From assembly GCF_000002075.1 (NCBI RefSeq), contig NW_004797276.1:1915972-1979971 (forward strand): a stretch of DNA of 64,000 nucleotides, given 5' to 3'. The position numbers and the translations under genes were made by a program. Source of the stretch: Aplysia californica (taxonomy: Eukaryota). Shown in pieces: positions 60,401 through 64,000 of this stretch; the stretch's first letter is position 1; each line of letters opens with the position of its first letter. Below the pieces are notes generated by a model. That model did not search any database and was not told the origin of the DNA. It worked only from the letters and a program-made list of their open reading frames with translations.

Positions 60401-63400
60401 TGTGTATAGATATTTCAAACAAAGCTATCAAAGTGGGTTTTTTTAGCAATTATATGGTGAAATGACACCCCATTGTAACATGTATACCTGTTTCAGGGAT
60501 CGGCATGCTTGCACAGAATGAGTTATAACTTTCCAGTTTATGTTTTGACATTAATTTTAATCAGTTGCTAGTGATAGAATTGTTAGTATCTTCTAAGTGT
60601 AATTCTATTTATCTATCTTTTTTATTTTATTTTAGGGGAGTTTTAAACCAAACATGGTTACACCAAAAACAGACACTGATATTTTTTTCTTTCTTTGTCT
60701 TTTTAAGAAAACTAGACAAGCCGAAATGCTCACATGTCTAATCAGAAAAGAATTTCGAGGTTATGTCGACTAAATCATCACTAGCAACACTCACATAACA
60801 CAATTAAAATTATCAAGGCCCCGAGTTTCAAGATAGCAAAGAGAAGAAAGAGATATGAGAATGCAAGTGTCAGTTGCAGGCCGGAGAGTAGCGTGGCCAG
60901 TTTACTGTGTGCCTACATTTATCACACACACTTTAATGGGTGTCAGCGTTCTCAATGTAACAGTGAAGTTGATTTGTGGGAGAAGTGCTGAAAAGCAGTA
61001 ACTGTACATTACCTTTTAAAAACTTACATGGTTTTGTTGAAATTGAGGAACTGTTTTCACATTTGAGTAGAGTTGTACATTATTCGAGACCGGGCCCAGA
61101 TGTACTCTGGACGAGGCCACAAGAGGTTGCCGCTTACCTGTCTGCCTGCGGCTGACTGTCGCCCTCCTAACGGAGGCCAGCCAGAAGTAGAAGAAGAAGA
61201 AGGTGTACATTATTTTCAGTTTCCTTTTCAGTGTCAGTCCCATGATTAAAAGAAGAAACATCCAAGAACTACCAGGGAAAGCCCTAAATTTCTATAATAA
61301 TGTGTTTTCTCAGCTTACCAAGCAGCTCAGGAGCCAAATTTATTGGCTCCTCAAATTGGGTCTTTTGAGGTAGTGAAATCCCAGAATGCCTCTCATAACA
61401 TGACTGCTCGTCAAACTGTTCAAGTTCCGCCTCTAAAGTGGTGCCCCTTCACTTTGAGCTTCCCATATGCTGTTATAGGTTCTAATTGGTAAGCAGTCTG
61501 TGATTACATATTTTTCTACTCTGATTTGAAGATCTGGCATAAAGATCAGGTAATATCCATAAGATAAGTTGTTAAAAGCAAAAAATTATTGTTGTTAAAG
61601 GCAAATGATTCTAACTTTTGTTTCTTGAGGAGTGCTGTCAAGTGCACACCTAAGGTCATACTTTTTCAAGGAAATTGTTTCACATGGAGCTGGCTGGCAG
61701 AAGTCTGTTATAAATCTTTTATTAAAAATCTTCTGAAATCAAAACAAAAATGGAAAAGGGAAAAGAAGATATTTCTTGTCATTGCATTGAGTAAGTGGCA
61801 GAATAAGACAAGATTTTTTTTAAAACTGTTCTATCATGTATGAGACTGGACAGATTCTAAACCAGGCCTTCAGATATTCCTTCAGATTTGTTTGCTTTTC
61901 CTTTCCATTTACATGCGCAACCCAAGACCATCATTTTTTTCCTGTTCTCTACTCTTCTGTTGATACTTATATCTATAAAAAAGAATAAAAATGTGTAATG
62001 CAAATTTTGTTTGACCAACAAATGGAGCAGACTGAACACCACACTCAATGAACCCAGAGTACCATGCTGTGGACCATTTGTTCATCCCTTCAAGTCATTT
62101 TTACAAGGACATAATAACATAGTATATTGTATATTTACTTGACTTGCCAGTTTTGGGCCAGTGTGCTGATGTCTTTGGTACTGGCTGCTTGTTGCTCTCA
62201 TTATGTCTACTGGTCCCATGCTCGGCTGATAAATCTGACAGTTCATCCGCTCTCCTCAAAGTTGTTGTTTTTTGTGTGGTAATCTCCAAGAAAAGCAGAT
62301 CCTAAATCACACGCTTTCTCATCTAAGTAAGTGCAAACTGCACTTGCTCATTTACTTGAAGATGTTTTAGAATATGAAGCTAAAGTTGGTATTGGGTTTT
62401 TTTTGTTGATGTTTTTTAAAAAAAAATGAAATAGACATGTTCTGACTATTGTAAGGTGATTAGCGATTTATGTTTATCAAAATTGTGCTGCAGAAGTTAT
62501 GAATGCCCAATGTCATAAAAATGTGTAGATCAATGAAATTAGTCTCAGCTAATATCCGACCTTTTAGGGGATCTAGTGAGAAGAGAAAAGCAGAGTAAAT
62601 GATATCTCCTCCGCACACCATCCACGACTTTTAAAAACTTTTCTCTTGTCCAGCAGTCTTCCTTCAACCAGTATTATTGTCCCTGCACTTTACAGTTGGT
62701 TTCTTGTGTTCTGTTCTTAATGAAAATAATGACTGACTGAGTGGAGGGAAACTTCTTATATTTGCCTTACTTTAAGAAAGTTTTATGGTTTGATACCAAT
62801 TCAACTCATGTTTGGATAAATTGAATGAGCCAAACTATTTGACTAAGGCTGGACATTCTTTCATATGTTTTCTACTTAATGCTTTATGTTTGTACTTCCG
62901 AACTCCCCCTCTCAGACATGTCTGGGGTATTACATATGACTAGGGTCTCCTAGTTTCATCCTGTATGTTCTTGACATTTTTATATGATCTTTCTGTCTTT
63001 TTCATTTTATATCTTTTAACTTAAATTCACAATTTTTACTTCACTGTTTGTACACTTTAGACTTTCTATTTTTCAAATCTTCATATTTTTCTCTTTAGAG
63101 AAAGTGGAGCTTGCTAATGAATCTTGTGTAGAATGATGTTTTCGATACATGTACCACAATACCACACAGTAGCTCTATTTTATTTAATTATTTTTGTCAC
63201 TGGTAAGTAAGTTGTTGATTTTCTTTTCCCTCACCACCCCCCCCCTCTTTTTTGTTTTTAGATTGCCTATTTATTCAAGAAAATTATTAATGCTCATGAA
63301 GAGTAATGGTGAATCATTATTGCCATGTGAATCTTTGTCCTCCAGAATTTTGATAGTATTCATTCGTTTTTCTCACAATATTTGCACACTGTTTTCAATG

Positions 63401-63517
63401 TAAGAATATGGACTGCTGATTGCAAAAAGGACCTGATTTTAGTCAGAAATAAAATCGAACATGTGCGGGGCTACTTTGGTCTCTAGGAGCTTTTTTTTTC
63501 CATTATCTTTCTCTTTG

Positions 63518-63603
<86 letters not shown>

Positions 63604-64000
63604 TTTAAAATGCCCTAATATTGAAGCAATACAGTAATGCAATTAGACAATATAGAGGACTGATTTGCATTAAGTCTTATAAAAAGAAAAATGTAAACTG
63701 CACACAGATACATAATGCCTTTATAAATGTCTCACTCACTCTGTGAAAAAAAAGAATCAAGAAAAAAATGTTTGCTTGAAATCTGTGACTATCTAGATAA
63801 CAAACATGGTGAGGCAACAGTTTAGAACTTGAGTTGTGTTTTGTTTTGCCGTAGATCAGCATTACCCTTTGGCACATTCTAGTTTTTTCTTGTTTATTTC
63901 CAAGAAATGCTTATGCCACCACAGCCATTAATTTGGAGTTGGCATATTTAATATTTTGCTTTACTTTTTCCCCTTCCTTCACTTTTACTTACTGTTGAGA
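41707..64000 (+). CDS. GALC: Galactocerebrosidase-like (GH59) copy 2, 3'-incomplete (coding exons 16-18 lie beyond the window), with three alternative exon-15 variants
   Basis: Exons 41707-41844,42676-42744,43525-43588,46546-46634,47184-47348,48095-48133,48329-48456,48770-48887,51397-51434,52992-53116,53735-53874,55016-55105,55717-55806,56892-57033, then one of 58192-58381 / 59422-59593 / 61314-61488. Exon lengths and phases match copy 1 except exon 1 (138 vs 129 nt). Confidence 0.95.
42411..42490. repeat. (TA)n microsatellite
   Basis: Direct. Confidence 0.95.
42676..42744 (+). CDS. GALC: GALC copy 2 exon 2 ([10 protein letters not shown]...)
   Basis: 69 nt, GT-AG. Confidence 0.95.
43525..43588 (+). 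CDS. GALC: GALC copy 2 exon 3
   Basis: 64 nt, matches copy 1. Confidence 0.95.
43807..46288. mobile_element. MITE of the 19475 family (inverted) carrying nested insertions, copy 2 intron 3
   Basis: TA|CAGTCGAACCT ... AGGTTCGACTG|TA, with GTGGCC repeats. Confidence 0.88.
44470..46033 (+). mobile_element. 5'-truncated RTE-like LINE nested in the MITE, itself interrupted at ~44844-45466
   Basis: [43 protein letters not shown]; (AAGT)n tail. Confidence 0.82.
46546..46634 (+). CDS. GALC: GALC copy 2 exon 4
   Basis: 89 nt, DGTEASHMH...KEAKK. Confidence 0.95.
47184..47348 (+). CDS. GALC: GALC copy 2 exon 5
   Basis: 165 nt, LPWGFPGW. Confidence 0.95.
48095..48133 (+). CDS. GALC: GALC copy 2 exon 6 ([13 protein letters not shown])
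   Basis: 39 nt, GT-AG. Confidence 0.95.
48329..48456 (+). CDS. GALC: GALC copy 2 exon 7
   Basis: 128 nt, GT-AG. Confidence 0.93.
48770..48887 (+). CDS. GALC: GALC copy 2 exon 8 (WASEDYST)
   Basis: 118 nt, GT-AG. Confidence 0.95.
49844..49922. repeat. (CA)n/(CACG)n microsatellite
   Basis: Direct. Confidence 0.9.
51397..51434 (+). CDS. GALC: GALC copy 2 exon 9
   Basis: 38 nt, [13 protein letters not shown]. Confidence 0.93.
52992..53116 (+). CDS. GALC: GALC copy 2 exon 10 ([11 protein letters not shown])
   Basis: 125 nt, GT-AG. Confidence 0.95.
53735..53874 (+). CDS. GALC: GALC copy 2 exon 11
   Basis: 140 nt, GT-AG. Confidence 0.95.
54573..54796. mobile_element. Small MITE in copy 2 intron 11
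   Basis: Inverted ends gaggtgtgctg/gagttgcttctcg vs cgagaagtaactc/cagcacgcccc; absent from copy 1. Confidence 0.65.
55016..55105 (+). CDS. GALC: GALC copy 2 exon 12
   Basis: 90 nt, CVRPPLP. Confidence 0.95.
55717..55806 (+). CDS. GALC: GALC copy 2 exon 13
   Basis: 90 nt, GT-AG. Confidence 0.93.
56892..57033 (+). CDS. GALC: GALC copy 2 exon 14
   Basis: 142 nt, ends phase 1. Confidence 0.95.
57260..57497. repeat. (CT)n-(CA)n compound microsatellite spanning an N-gap
   Basis: Direct. Confidence 0.9.
58192..58381 (+). CDS. GALC: GALC copy 2 alternative exon 15a ([64 protein letters not shown])
   Basis: Weak aag| acceptor, TG|gtgaga donor; 190 nt, phase 1-2, open; homologous to 15b and 15c. 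Confidence 0.88.
59422..59593 (+). CDS. GALC: GALC copy 2 alternative exon 15b ([58 protein letters not shown])
   Basis: catag| ... TG|gtaaga; 172 nt, phase 1-2. Confidence 0.92.
61085..61203 (+). mobile_element. Short 5'-truncated retroelement with (AGA)n tail
   Basis: Perfect 11-bp TSD TGTACATTATT at 61074-61084 and 61204-61214. Confidence 0.8.
61314..61488 (+). CDS. GALC: GALC copy 2 alternative exon 15c ([59 protein letters not shown]); absent from the ORF track
   Basis: gtgttttctcag| ... TG|gtaagc; 175 nt, phase 1-2, open; shares Y..EP, LA.Q.G..EV, RQ, P..WC, IGS.W with 15a and 15b. Confidence 0.9.
63522..63602. repeat. (TA)n microsatellite
   Basis: Direct. Confidence 0.95.

Noticed and set aside
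59893-62289. Antisense nested gene from minus-strand ORFs 59893-60144, 61857-62048 and 62101-62289
   Set aside because: Short ORFs with no motifs and no consistent splice chain.
63900-63940. Fourth exon-15 variant at ccaag|aa...ccaccacagccattaatttgg (also ~25682 in copy 1)
   Set aside because: Only a 9-nt match to 15a; no conserved peptide motifs or donor.
2770-64000. The two GALC copies are haplotypes assembled in tandem
   Set aside because: Introns differ every few bases, with many independent TE insertions and different exon content; true paralogy fits better. Read depth is still needed to exclude it.

Overview
AT-rich, intron- and transposon-rich animal genomic DNA; an invertebrate, probably a mollusc (inference from repeat content). 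The window holds two tandem, same-strand (+) paralogs of lysosomal galactocerebrosidase (GALC, glycoside hydrolase family 59). The duplication unit is about 34.5 kb (2770 aligns with 37275). Copy 1 is complete: CDS 10091-28663, 18 coding exons, 683 aa by my hand splice. Copy 2 starts at 41707 and runs off the window. The main result is in copy 2, which carries a tandem array of three homologous, intact versions of coding exon 15 (15a 58192-58381, 15b 59422-59593, 15c 61314-61488). All three are phase 1-2 and 3n+1 long, so exactly one can be included. This is a mutually exclusive exon cassette, and it swaps the lectin-domain loop whose Trp lines the GALC substrate pocket. Copy 1 has collapsed to 15b only: 15a carries a stop plus a deletion, and 15c lies in a ~3.55 kb segment absent from copy 1. 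Copy 1 also has derived changes next to catalytic motifs and lacks the CLEAR/E-box promoter seen in copy 2, with a LINE/SINE/hAT stack in its place. The rest of the window is RTE LINEs, an RNase H LINE, a Tc1 element, tRNA-derived SINEs, MITEs, microsatellites and nine short N-gaps. All exon calls are by eye from splice signals, frame and homology; no expression data or database searches were available.
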